This document shows, in pieces, positions 1 to 13,409 of a DNA stretch of 64,000 bases (its first letter is position 1; each line of letters begins with the position of its first letter). Where the stretch lies: assembly GCF_009914755.1 (NCBI RefSeq), contig NC_060947.1. The stretch is one strand, 5' to 3'. The notes under the pieces are model-generated. The model saw only the letters and a list, made by a program, of their open reading frames with translations, was not told where the DNA came from and ran no database searches. Position numbers and translations under genes: made by a program. The DNA is from the human T2T-CHM13v2.0 reference genome, Homo sapiens.

Positions 1-73
1 TCGACCTGAATTCTTTCTTGGCGAGATCCAAGAACCCTCTCTTGGGGTCTGGATCTGGACCCCTTTCCAGTAA
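1..73 (+). mobile_element. 3' end of a MER41-family ERV1 LTR, cut by the window edge
   Basis: GAATTCTTTCTTGG..AGATCCAAGAACCCTCTCTTGGGGTCTGGATC.GGACCCCTTTCC, the MER41 3' terminus. Confidence 0.85.
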
Positions 74-507
74 AAGAACTATTCATTTTATCTTTTGGTC
101 ATCACCAAGCAAACACAACTATAAATAAGGAAAATAATATATGATTGTAATTTTACTCATAATCCCAAATGTCTTTCATGACCAGCACACCTTTGGTGTA
201 TTGGGTCTAAATCAAAGAAAAATTTGAGGAGTTGAATGAATGAGGTTTTGATATCTTAATGCACTTTGGAGAAAACCAACGGTTGCAAAAAGCTAAAGAA
301 AACGAAAATTCATTGTTTACAGATCAGGCCATGTGTTTTTCATTTCTGCAATGGCGATGTGGTTGATTCCCATGGAACACAATGAGAGTGTGGTCTTCTC
401 CTTTGAGATTGTATTTATTGATAAATGCAAAAATGCTAATGAATGCTAACTTGCTGGTTCTCCATGGCCTTCCTTCCTCCCTCCCTTTCCAAGAAGGGTG
501 TTGTATC

Positions 508-1045
508 TGTCAGAGGCATTTGAACCAGAGTGGCTCCATCTTGAGTGAGGGCTAGGAAAATGAGGCTTGAACTTGCTGGTCGGCATTCCCAGAAAGTTAG
601 GTGTTCCTAGCCTCTAGATGTTTACAGTTAAGGGAATAGATTGATAACGTTCACTAAACAGACCCAGAATTGGGAGTGTCCTGATATCCCGATATCTTGA
701 GAACAGAAGCATTCCTAATTTTGCTTTAAGATAATAATGTTGATTCTTGAAAAATATAGTAATTAAGAAAATTAATCCTTTATCACAAACCCTTGTAGCA
801 GAGCACATCTCCCCATGACCTTTTTTAATTCTCTATATAAACAAGCACTGTACCTAGGGGTGGGTGTGTTCCTTCTCTTACTTTCTGGAATGCCCTACTC
901 TGTCTATGGAGTCGCTGTACTTTCACCACTTTACTCTTTTAATAAACTTGCTTTCACTTTGCACTGTGGACTTACCCTGAATTTTCTTGCCCAAGACCTA
1001 AGAACCCTCTCTTGGGGTCTGGATCGGGACCCCTTTCCTGTAACA
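508..1045 (+). mobile_element. Solo LTR, MER41 family (MER41C/D-like)
   Basis: TGTCAGAGGC...CCTGTAACA termini; 4-bp TSD TATC (504-507, 1046-1049); internal AATAAA. Confidence 0.9.
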
Positions 1046-1079
1046 TATCCACCTGGTCAATTTAGAAGGCAGCTGTTAT

Positions 1080-1660
1080 GTTTATCAGGATGAAGAAAAT
1101 AAAACTCTTTTACTTCAAAATGTATTTCTATGATACAGTTTGAGACGGCTGTTCAGAAAGCCAGCAAACAGGAGGAGCCCTGCAAAGCTGTCTTGTATGG
1201 GGCGATTTGCGTCTGCAGATAAATTCTGCATGGAGGCAGCCAGGCTTTCTCGGAGACCATCCTCCCTCGTCTTACTGTAGGAAAGATGGACAGAGAGTCT
1301 GACATCTTTAAAGGTCTGAAAGAAACATTTGCCATCTATTCTCTCTGACGCCTGCTACCCAGGAGGTTTCATCTATATGACAAGACCACCTCTGCTAGCT
1401 TGGCCTCTTCTTCTCTTCCTCCCATAGCCTGTGTTGTCACAATGCAAGCCTCCATTCTTCAACCTCAAGATGGTGTGAAAGCTTCTGCACTCCATCCGGG
1501 GCATGGGGTTGGGTAATCACCCTATTAGTCACCCTACGATGCTCCCTGTGTGCAGGATAGTATATTTGTTTGATTTTTCTCCAACTAATTTTGCCTTTCA
1601 TGAGTTGATTTTCCAGCAAAACTTCAGAGCAAAAATGAATGTTTTCCCTTGGCCTCTGCA
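1080..1660 (+). mobile_element. Older ERV1-class solo LTR (MER34/MER39 group)
   Basis: 3' end resembling TTGATTTTTCCAGCAAAACTTCAGAG...GTTTTCCCTTGGCCTCTGCA; the start is approximate. Confidence 0.6.
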
Positions 1661-2095
1661 AGGATAATGAATTCAGATGTAACATGAAAAATTTAGGAAA
1701 GATTGGGAGAATTTTTTTTTAAAGATCCAGGAATTTATCTTAGGGGAAAAAAAAGGAATAGTATTGGAAGGAGGATGCAGGAAGAATGAGAGAGAGAGAG
1801 AGAAAGGGAGATTGGGGAAAGTGAGGTGGAAGGAGGGTTTGTGGACGTCTGACATGCTGGAGAGATAGTGGGAATATGAGCTTAAGAGGTTCTAGTGTGT
1901 GCCTATTCGAGACACTGGTGAAACAATGGAATTATTTTTTAGAGCTTCTCTGGATATAGAAGATGGTTTCCATTTGAATGGGATGCCACCATGTTGAGCC
2001 AGGAAATAAGGCTTTCTTTAAAGGGGCCTCATAGTTCGCCAGCCTTTTGAAAAACTTGCCACTCAGGTGACCATGCTGGGTCTCCACTCAACTAT

Positions 2096-2135
2096 TCAGG
2101 TTGGTGCACAAGTAATTACTTGTGCACCAACCTAA
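2096..2135. mobile_element. Internally collapsed MADE1 (Hsmar1 mariner MITE), perfect palindrome
   Basis: AGGTTGGTGCACAAGTAA|TTACTTGTGCACCAACCT matches the outer MADE1 TIR TTAGGTTGGTGCAAAAGTAATT. Confidence 0.85.
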
Positions 2136-4519
2136 CCTTCAGCTCTTTCTCTCCCAAACTGCAATTATTTGTCCATGAGTTAGAGCTGTCCTCAGCACCT
2201 CACCTTCATCCCCTGACTCCCATCTCAGGCAGTTTGGCTGCTCAAACTTATTATCACTGATGCCAAAAGGTGAAGACTTCTCATGTCTTCAGCACCCAGG
2301 GTAGCAAACTGCAGGACCAGTTTAAATGTTAATAGCATGTCTGTAATACACGCACAACCACATATACCACCATCTTTATGAAGGCTTAAGATGATGTATT
2401 CATTTTCCCTGTCATTTCCATAGGAAGCTGCTCTTTGTCACTCGGGGAAGGCCCCAGTTCCCTATCCAAAGTGGCATGAAGGAGATGCTCTAACAAAAAA
2501 TGAAATGCAATTAGGGAACTGCTGTTCCTGTTTGAATGCTTAACATCAGCCTCATGGCTGGCACTATCCATCCCAAATACTGGCCAATGTAGCAAAGTGT
2601 GTGGGTGATCCCAGTGTCTGAACCCAGCCCAGAGTTGGCTAGCTCATGCCCCCTGTCTATTAGCAATTGGATGTGGGATTACTTCACCACCGTGGACTGG
2701 TCACTGAGAGGTGGCCCAGAGCCATTGTGAGAGGCAGCCTGTTGGGTTTTGAGAATGGCTCAGCCAATTCATGCACATGTCTGCTGGAATCGCCAGGGCA
2801 GGGGCTTTCTGGCTCTTCTCCTGACCTTCAGCATATATAGAGAGGTCATGAAGACAGAGGAATGCTTGATGAAGCTCTCAGGGTCTTTTTATTGAACCAT
2901 GGCCAGTATCTTATCTTTTCTAGCTGCAAATGGTATTCCTGCTCAAACACGTGTCCTTTTATTATATAAAAAAGTAATGTGTTGTCTTTTTATTGAAATG
3001 GCAAGTGAATGGGAAAGTTATTTTTGCTTTGGAACAAACTGATAGGGAAGAAAAATCATCCCAATGGGCCGCCTCAACTGGTGTCTAACTCCTTTGCGAC
3101 CTGAAAGTAATTGGAAGAAAGGGCTTTTGCTATAGACTAGAGACCCTCAGAGACCAAAATGCATATAGTGTTCACCCCACAAATGCCTTTAATGCACCCC
3201 CCCTTAGTTTCTATCACATTGCCATCCCAATTACTCAACACTGCCAGAGAAGATGTGCTCTGTAGAATTGTCATGAACTGTTGGTTAAACCGTGATGCTT
3301 TGAAGTGTCAATGGCAAAAGTTTGTTGTTGCAAATTTGCTCAAAACTATGCACATGAAACTTTTGTGGGTGGGCTCTCAGGTTTATCATTAATCATGTCT
3401 TAGTGATTTATTATTATGGATATGAGTATGTCATATCCATATGCGTATGTCAAAACTATAGCTATAAATGCAGATGTGCACATTGGTGTTGAGGATGGAA
3501 CCAGCAATGGCTGGGTATGATTTCTGAGGACATTCGCTGGAATGTTGCATTCACAAAATGCCTGTAATCCTACCTCGATTTCTGAGACTTGCTGTAAACT
3601 CATAAAAGCAAGTGAAGGATAGACTACCACCTAATTTTCAGAACAATATAGTATGGCTGATTTTATGCAAAATTAATTACAGCATTACAGACTGAATTGT
3701 TCTTTGCCCAAGTGGTTTTCTCATCCACCTGCAAAGTCATTTCATCCCTTGCCATTGTCAGCATCCTTGGGCTTTATCAGTATCATTCAAACCACTTCAT
3801 CCTCATCATTAACAAACTGGACTGTGGGCACCATCTCGGCCAGGTCGGTACTTTCCTCTGCCTTCCTTCTGCTGGTACTGAGATAAAGGAGGAACTCTGT
3901 CTTCTACCTTAAGAATCCATACTGAAGGAAGGGCATGGTCCGAAGTCCACAGCTGTTTTAACCATGCCAAGAGAAGTCCTGAGGGCAAAGGTGATGCAGC
4001 ACATGATGATCTCAGAGCCCTTCTGTATGTGTTTGAGATGTCCGAGCTTACCAATATTGCATGAAGTACATCCTGTTTCTCAGGCTCTGGATTCATGAAA
4101 TAGAGCTGGGAAAATGGAGCTCTGGAAATGACTAAGACTTGATTTAAAGGTTAAATTAAAACTAGGAGTACAGCAAGGGTAAGATTTCCCATGGTAGCTA
4201 CATGATGGGCTAAATGTATCCTCAAGTTTCCTCTGTAGAGGTTGGTCCCATTTTTAATCACAAAGGGATTCACAGGTCCAGTCAATAAGGCGATGGGAGC
4301 AGTCAAGACCAAAGCATATTAGGATGTGAGAATCACTATGGAGCACATGCGTATGATTCTGGCCTCCACTGCCAGAATCCCTGGGTTCAAAATTTGACAC
4401 TGCCAGGAACTGCTCATGTGAAGAATTACAGCAATGCCCTGGGCTTCTATTGCTTTCTCTCTGAAATGAGGGTATTTAGAGCATGCTATTGTTTCTGGAA
4501 CATTACATATAAGTAAAGG

Positions 4520-5175
4520 AGGGATTTCCTCTTCTGGCCAAGAAGGAATAACATAGACTGGCTTAACTCTCGTACCTGAAACAACCAGAAAAACAAACAA
4601 AATATATGAAAGAGTGGTTTCATGACTCTGGAAATAAGGCAGTGAAGGACAGTGCTCCCTGAGAGCCAGGAAACTAACAAGGTGAACACCATGTTTGACA
4701 CAGCTGACTGCCTTGACAGGGCTGTAGGGCACACAAACCACTCTGGGGAAAGAACCATCTGAAATAGAGAAAACAGTGCATGGTGCTCACACAGGGCTGG
4801 AAAGAGTGCCTGTTTCCACCAGCCAGACTGAAAAAAACCTTGTAATTCATGAGCCATTTGGCTAGACTACTCAGAAAGGTCTTGTGTGAATAGTGGGGAA
4901 TATTTAGCTCCAGGCTGAGTCCTGCTCTGAATCTCCCTAATGATTCACAATAGCAAGGCTCCAATGTTGCCAATTGTCTCCAGGTAACTTAACCCAAACT
5001 GAGCAGATCGCTCAAAAATATTTGCAGGAATATAAAAATATCTGGCGTCTTAAAAAGAAGATTCACAGTGTTTGGCATCCAATCAAAAATGTCTAGGCAT
5101 GCAAAGAAGCAGGAAAAAATGATACATAATATAAAAAACTCATCAACAGACACTGACTCGGAATGGATGCATATG
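4520..5175 (+). mobile_element. Ancient L1M 5'-region fragment
   Basis: Resembles L1MC/MD 5' end (CTTCTGGCCAAGAAGG...CCTGAAACAACCAGAAAAACAAACAAAATATATGAAA); degenerate. Confidence 0.55.
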
Positions 5176-5229
5176 TGAGATCATATTTTTGGTCTCAAGA
5201 TTTTGCTGTTTGTTTGCTTCTCGAAGTCT

Positions 5230-6340
5230 CGTGGTTTTAGGTTTTACATACAGGTCTATGATCTATCTTGAGTAACATTAGGATGCATGTATGTTTATTT
5301 GTATGTATTATTTGTAGGCATAAACCAAAGTTCATTTTTTTTGCATATGAATATCCAGTTGTTCCAGCACCATTTGCTGAAAAGACTATCCTTTTTTCAC
5401 TGAATTGTTTTGTACCTTTGCCAAAATCAGTTGTGCATATATATGTGAGTCTATGCTGTTCCATTGATCTACTTGTCTATCTTTATGCCAATACCACACT
5501 CTCTTGATTACTGCAGCTTTCTAACACAGCTTGAAATCAAATAGCATTTGTCTTTCAACTTTGTTCTATTTTTCAAAGTTAAACATCTTAACATTATTAA
5601 GTCTTCCAACGTACGCCCAATGTATATCTCCCCATTTATTTATGTCTCCTTTTATTTCTCTCAAGAATTTTTTGTAGTTCTCAGAGTACAGGTCTTATAC
5701 ATATCTTCTCAAATTTATTTCGAAATATTTCATATTTCTGAAGCTACTGAAAATAGTATTGATTCTTCATTGCTAGTATATAAAATAGTACATGATTTTT
5801 GTATATTGAGCTTGTGTCCTGTCACTTTGCTAAACTCAATTAATAATAGTTCTAGTAGCTTTTTTGTATATTCAATTGGATTTTTGATTATGTTGTCTAG
5901 GCATAAAGATGGCTTTACCACCTCTTTTCTAATCTGAGTGCCTTCTGTTTATTTTTATTTTATTACTGCACTGGTTCTGATCTCTTGTAAAACGTTGAAT
6001 AGAATGGTGAGAGTTGGCATTTCTATTTTGTTCTTAAACTTAAAGAAAAGTATTAAGTTTTTACCATTAACAAGAATTTTAGATTTTTAGTAGATGCCCT
6101 TTATCAGGTTGGTTGAAGGAGTTCCTTTCAATTCTTAGTCTGCTGTAGGGTTTTAATAAGGGCTGGAGTTTGGGTTTTTTAAAAATGCTTTTTCTACATC
6201 TACTAAGATGATCACATTGTTTTTTTGTTTTTGTTTTTTCGTCTTTTTTAGTTTGACAATATTCAATATTGTGGGTAACACTGATTGGTCTTCAAATGTT
6301 TTGAAACAATATTATGTTTCAAATTACTTTTTACTTCTGT
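5230..6340 (-). mobile_element. Ancient L1M ORF2 fragment
   Basis: Minus-strand ORF remnants resemble L1 ORF2p (KLLELLLIEFSKVTGHKLNIQKS); T-rich plus strand. Confidence 0.8.
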
Positions 6341-6342
6341 GA

Positions 6343-6675
<333 letters not shown>

Positions 6676-8379
6676 GACATAACCTAGCCTTCTTTGTCTG
6701 AGTGTGTGTGCATGATTAAATAGATCACAGTATCACATTCTGCCAGGACCCACATGGCTGCAATGTATTCTTTTACTAGCAGAGTAGCACCTGAATCTTA
6801 GCAACGCCTCAGAGGTGATGGAACTGAACAGGAGTGAATCTGCCCAGGCATGAACGGCTCCCTTACAAAACAGTGTGATTGCAGTTTGTGTTCTCGGGTG
6901 TAATTACCTAGGAGGATTTCTTCAGTCTTCCATAAGAGAACTGTTGTAGGTGTTCTTCCTGCTTTTTTAAAAACTGAGAGCTGTGGCCAGCCTGTCAGAG
7001 CACGTCCTCTTCTTTCGGGCATATTCAGGATGTGCTTACTGGTCTGTTCACCCTGATAGAAGTTACTCTTCTCTGTCTGCTATATAGATTAACACCACTC
7101 ACTGGAACTTCCATTTCCCAAAATTCCAATTCTGTCTTAAAGTCTTTTCTAAGCATGGCTTCTCTCTACATATTTGGTGCACCCTTCAGTGATTACAAAG
7201 ATACTCCAAGGTCCTGCCATGATACTGAACAAAATTCAGATGTAGCAAAAGTGATCAAGGTAGGCAGCAAAGGGTTATCATTGTGGGGATGTAGTACAAC
7301 CTCCCAACTGTGAAGCCTTGCACACATCACTGCATATATCTGTGCTTGACTTTTCTGAACCTGAATTACTCGGTGAACAGGGTACCTTGCAGTTTGAATG
7401 ACCCTCAAGCTCTCAGAACTTCTCCAACTTTAAAGCGCCCTATTCTAAGAGAGAACTGTATTTGTTAACCCCAAGGGAGACAAGCTTGTCATTTCAGCCT
7501 TCCTTATTTAAAAAAGGTAATTTGTGCTGATTCTCCAGTACAAAGCACTTAAGTCAATTCATCATAGAAAGACCATTAGGTGTAAAGTGATAAATATACT
7601 ATGTCAACTTTGAACATTTATTTAGCACTTTTCACTGTAAAAACTTCAGATTTCACAGGTCAGCAAAGAGAGGGTTTTGTTTAATTGTTTTGCATCATCA
7701 GATATCAATCTGCAGGGTAGGGGACATATCATTTAGGGAAACATGAAAGGGAAGGTAGGCACACCTCACTTTACAGAAATTTCTGCTGAAGCCCTAAATT
7801 AGTGTGTTGGTCTCCCCCATAAGCCTTCTGGCTTTTAGAGAACAGAGACTGCTTATTCTTATATTAAACTGGAGAAGGTGTTCTATAATGCATAACCTCT
7901 TAGAACTATAAATGTGTATTGTTTCTCTTTATCTCGACCTTCCAAGGGCCCCAGCAGCCTGCCCAAGGCTTCACTATCCTTGCAACAATCATGGCACGGT
8001 AGTGATGGGAAGAAAAGCTGCAGGCTCAGTGCTCCTTACCTACAGGGAATAGTGCTGATTCCTGTTGCAAAGCAGACCCATTATCAGAGGCCCATCAAGT
8101 CACACCATTCCCTTCCCTGCTGTCTCTTGGGCCTGCAATGACAAAGACATGGCAGAAACGCCACTATCCCTGCTCCTCTGCTTTGGCCAGATGCCACTGA
8201 TGGATTGTTCAATTCTTCCCTGCAGAATCGTGCCCTCAGATCCTTCTGACAGTGTGCCAGATATCCAGCATCACCTTTGCAGTTTGGGAAGTGGCACCCA
8301 GCATCCACCCAGCGTGCCTTTCTTGATCTTGTCCATGGTGCTGAGATTCTGTGTGGCCCCCATGCGGTTGGTCTCGCTC

Positions 8380-8660
8380 CATGGGTCTCCATCCAGGGTG
8401 ATGCCCACCCTCCTACCACCTGTGAACATTTGGTAATATCTAGAGACATTGCTGGTTTCCACCATTGGGAGTGGGTGCAACTGGCATCTAGTGGGAAGAG
8501 GCCAGGGATGATGCTGCACATCCCATGTTGCATAGACCCCCCTCCCACAGCAAAGAATGATCTTGTTAAATGTCAGTAGTGCTGATGGTACACAGACGAT
8601 GTCCCACAGCAAAGAATAATCTTTTTAAATGTCAGTAGCATCAAGGTTGGGGAACTCTCG
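8380..8660 (+). mobile_element. MER20 (hAT-Charlie) with an internal duplication
   Basis: ACATTTGGTAATATCTAGAGACATT...ACTGGCATCTAGTGGGAAGAGGCCAGGGATG; 37-bp segment repeated at 8543 and 8602. Confidence 0.8.
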
Positions 8661-9235
8661 TGTGTCTGACAAGGAAACCTGCGATTCTCTCTCCTCTAGG
8701 ATTGGACTCTGTCCCATGGTGCTGTCCACAATGACTGAGATTTTGACACCTAGATCTTCCCTTAGGAAGAAATCTTTCCTCAGGAAACTTAATTATCCCG
8801 CCAATGCTCACCAGCTGGAGTTTGACTTCATATTTTTATTGGTTTCCTGGAAACCTCTCATTGCATTCCCTCAGGTATCCACGATACCCAAACCATGCAC
8901 ACGTGTGACACACTGTGTTTAGCTTGCACAGCGTCTCATGCCAGAACCATCCCCAGCAGATTCAGCTCATTCTCCCATCGCAGCCCTGCTCCCCTATGCC
9001 CAGTTACCAGCAGGTCTCCCAGCTGAGCCTGCTGCATCAGGATAAAACCGTGGCCACGAGCCAACACTGAAAACTTCCACCTGCAGAAGTTGGCTCAAGT
9101 GCTGCCTGCTAACAACCGAATAAGTAAACCTTTGCTGCAGGACCTACCATGTACGCAGGTGTCTTCTAATATTTCTCTGATTTTTCTGAGCTTATCCTAA
9201 GATAACTTTTTCACACTTCACTTGCAAAGCAGGAA

Positions 9236-10015
9236 TACATATATATGTGTGTGTGTGTGTGTGAGTGTATGTATATACACATATATGAGAATATAGAGAG
9301 AATATATATATATTCACACATATATGTGTGAATATATATATGAGAATATATATGAGATATATAGAGAGAATATAGAGAGAATTATATATATATGAGAATA
9401 TAGAGAATATATGTAAAGGAGAATACATATAAAGAGAATATATAATATATATAGAATATATCCTATATATTTAGAATATATAGAATATAGTTATTCTATT
9501 TATATAGACTACATTATAGTCTATATATAGACTATATATATAGAATATATTATTTTCTATATATAGACTATATATATAGAATATATTATTTTCTATATAT
9601 AGACTATATATATAGAATATACTATTTTCTATATATAGACTATATATAGACTATATATATAGAATATATTATTTTCTATATATAGACTATATATAGACTA
9701 TATTTTTCTATATAGTTTATATAGACTATATATAGACTATATTATTCTATATATATTTTATATAAAGTTTATATACTGTCTATATATTGTCTAGACTATA
9801 TTATTCTATATATAGTTTATATATAGAATGATATTGTCTATATATTGTCCTAGCAAACTCATAGACTTTATTATTGTTTGATATATAGTCTAGTACAGAT
9901 AGACAATATTATCATTCAATAAAAATATATAGATATATATAATAGATACATAGTCTAGACTATATAACAAATGATAATATAGTCTTTCTGTACTACTATA
10001 TATAGTCTATATATT
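9236..10015. repeat. (TA)n/(TG)n low-complexity tract with a 36-bp minisatellite
   Basis: Unit CTATATATAGACTATATATATAGAATATATTATTTT at 9521, 9557, 9593, then degenerate copies. Confidence 0.9.
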
Positions 10016-10539
10016 GTAAGGAGGAAGATAATGGCTCATTTTTTATCCAGGGTGAGACTCATAAACATGTATTACTGAGTACAGATATCTCAATAGAGAC
10101 AAGAAAATTCAAATTACTGGCAAGGTACTGTACATAATTGTATCCAAAAAAATCGGGCTATTTTGCATCCTAGCCAAGTTACCCTGCCCAGTCACAAGAT
10201 CACACAGGCCAAGTCACGTGATCACTAAAGCTGGCATGAGAGGCCCCGACTCATCCAGGGAGTAAGAGAGTGAAGTCAGCAGTGGGAATGTGGGAGCAGC
10301 TGGTCTGTGTAAAGATGTTCTGGGGAAAAACTGGGTCAGGCTTGGAAGACAAGGGAAGCGGTACCAGAGAAATAAGCTTGACTGGAACGAGGCAGCAACA
10401 GAGGCATTAATGCAGCTCAGTTCTAGAGTTATGGGAACTAAAAGGTACTCCGCTTGGCCAGCCACCAGATGAAATGGGTAAAAAGGGCTGCTTGAAATGT
10501 ACAAACCACGTGACTGGGAAGATTTCATAAGCATCTATC

Positions 10540-11152
10540 TGCATGGGTTTGCCCGGACTGACATAACAAAGCGCCACGGACCGGGCCGCTTACCACAGAC
10601 ATTGATTCTCTTGCAGTCCTGGAGGCTGGAAATCTGAGACAAGGTGTGAGCGGGGCTGGTTCCTCCTGAGGCCTCTCTCCTGGGCTTGGAGATGCTGTCT
10701 TCTCCCTGTGTCCTCACATGGTGTTCCCTCTCTGTGTAGGTCTATGTCCTCATCTCCTCTTCTTATAAGGACACCAGACCTGTTGGATTAGGGCCCACTC
10801 TAGTGACCTTGTTTTACCTTAATCCAATCTTGTCCATTCTGCAGCCCTAGGGCCACATGCAGCCCAGGACAGCTTTGAATGTTGCCCAACACAAATTCGT
10901 ACTTTTTTAAAACATGAGATTTAAACACGGACCTGTTTTTTCACTCATCAGCTATTGTTAGTGTATTTTATGTTTGGCCCACAACAATTCTTCTTCTTCC
11001 AATGTGGCCCAGGGAAGCCAAAAGATTGGACTCCGTTGCCTTAATCACTCCTTTAAAGGCCCTACCTGCAAATACAGTCACATTCTGAGGTCCTGGGGGC
11101 TAGGACTTCAATGTATGGATTGGGTGAGGGGGCCTCGACTCAGCTCATGACA
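10540..11152 (-). mobile_element. MLT1A-type MaLR LTR interrupted by MER30
   Basis: CTGGTTCCTCCTGAGGCCTCTCTCCTGGGCTTG...CTCCTCTTCTTATAAGGACACCAG...AATACAGTCACATTCTGAGG. Confidence 0.85.
10825..11038 (-). mobile_element. MER30 hAT MITE nested in MLT1A
   Basis: TGTGGCCCAGGGAAGCCAAAAGATTGGAC end; 8-bp TSD CCTTAATC (10817-10824, 11039-11046). Confidence 0.9.
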
Positions 11153-12565
11153 AAATACTTCTAATGGTGGTTCTCAGTCTTTATTTTGAGGAAAGTGGTC
11201 GCTTAAATAACGACATATGGAAAAGATACAATTTAAGTAATAGAGACTTCCCAGGCAAACCCCATGTAGGGGGAGGAATCGAACATATCAAGGGCATTCC
11301 CCAAGTCCAAGGTGATAGAGGTGAGAAATGCTCACTTATTAGTGCCAATTTCAATCTCCTGATAGATTTTCATTTAGTATGCTGTAAAAGAAAATATCCC
11401 TGCAGACACTGGCACTTGAGGGATTACAGTGGTGGGGAGAAATTCCCTTATTTATTTGTGGAATTCTATGAAGCATTTCACAGGCCACCTTCTGGGGATA
11501 ACCTGTTCATTGCCATGGAGTAAATCAATAGCCTTCATTTAGATTCTTAATTGGCAATTTGATCTCATTCACTTTACCCAACACTCATTGGCTGGAGGGA
11601 TGATGGAGATTGGGAGCAGGCTCCTAAAAAGGGTCTTGAAAATGTTATTTCAACAAAGATTAATTTTGAGGCATTGAGAGTTTCAGAAAGGTTCACATTT
11701 TTTTTCTAAAGCTCTTCTAAGCCAATCTTAAATGAATCCTCAGAGGACTATTTCTGTGGGTGCGTGTCTGCTTGCGTGTGTGTGCATGTGTGTGTCTTGC
11801 CCCATTCCAATTCTCCATCCCCATGCTGAGGAGGCTGGAGGATTCAGAATGCAGAATCAGGTGTATTTTTTAAAAATCATTATGTCAGTCCTCACCAAAA
11901 CACTGGCTATCTTTCCTTCTCATTTTACTCTGCTATAGGAATCTAAGTAAATCATCTTTAGGAAATACCAAGACCTACCAGGGGCTTTAGATTCATGGCG
12001 GCCAACACAACCTAGTATTGATAACCCATGTAAATGTTTGCCATCCAGATGACAAGAATAATGACAAGAGAAAACTAACATGACCTGCCCCATGGTGTGC
12101 TAGATCCACATCTCTCGGGGAATGTTTTGAAGCAAGTTAATACAAGCTACTTGATAAAAGGCTTCCGCGATGAAATGAGATTGGGGAAGCTGAGTTAAAC
12201 AAAACCAGTGTTCTGTGTTGGATGCTTCTCAAATCCTTAACCATGCTGAAAAGCTTAGAGTATTTCCAGGAGAATGGCATAGCACCCCACATCCCAGACC
12301 TGCACAGCCCCTGCTCAGGTCATCTTGTGGGATGAACAGTATGCAAAACACACATCCCAGAACATGCTTGGAGACAGGGGAGGCCACTCTCTAGCCTGGG
12401 AACAGTTCTGGCTCTGGCACACACTGACAAGGTGACACTGGGTGACTCATTTAGTCCCTCTGTAAACTGCCCTTCCTCATATGCAAGAGGCCATGGAATG
12501 TTGGCCTCTCAGACGTTACTGGCTCTAACATTATTTTGCCAAAAATAAAATAATTAGGGTGGATG

Positions 12566-13109
12566 TGTTATAGGAAAGGGGTCCAGATCCAGACCCCAAG
12601 AGAGGGTTCTTGGATCTTGCCAAGAAAGAATTCAGGTCGAGTCCATAAAGTGAAAGCAAGTTTATTAAGAAAGTAAAGGAATAAAAGAATGGCTACTCCA
12701 TAGACAGAGCAGTCCCAAGGGCTGCTGCTTGCCCATTTTATGGTTATTTCTTGACGATATGCTAAACGAGGGGTTGATTATTCATGCCTCCCCTTTTTAG
12801 TCCATATAGGGTAACTTCCTGATGTTGCCATGGCATTTGTAAACTGTCATGGCGCTGGTGGGAAGGTAGTAGTGAGGATGACTAGAGGTCACTCTTGTTG
12901 TCATCTTGGTTTTGGTGGAGTTTCACTGGCTTCTGTGCAACCTGTTTTATCAGCAAGGTCTTTATGACCTGTATCTTGTGCCGACCTCCTGTCTCATCCT
13001 GTGACTTAGAATGCCTTAACTGTCTGGGAATGCAGCCCAGTAGGTCTCAGCCTCATTTTACTCAGCCTTTATTCAAGATGGAGTTGCTCTTGTTCAAATG
13101 TCTCTGACA
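12566..13109 (-). mobile_element. Solo LTR, MER41A-like
   Basis: Reverse-complement TG...CA termini; 544 bp; 4-bp TSD GATG (12562-12565, 13110-13113). Confidence 0.92.
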
Positions 13110-13409
13110 GATGTAATAGGTAACGCTCAGACACTGGCATCAGAGGCAATGCAACCTGAACAGAATTGGCTGACATGTATCTCTGGGTATAAAGAAAGTC
13201 TCAGCTTTCCCCTGAGACGTAATGATGATTGTCCCTAAAGCTTGCTTCACCCTTCCACGCTAAACTCGCTCCACTGCTCCATCATCTGCTTTAAAGCCAC
13301 AAGGACAGCCAGTTAGGTCTTTGTCATCATCACTTTTAACTTTTGTTTAACTTTTAACAAAGATTGGCCTTTTTAAAGGCTCAATTATATTTTAAAAAAC
13401 AAACAAACA

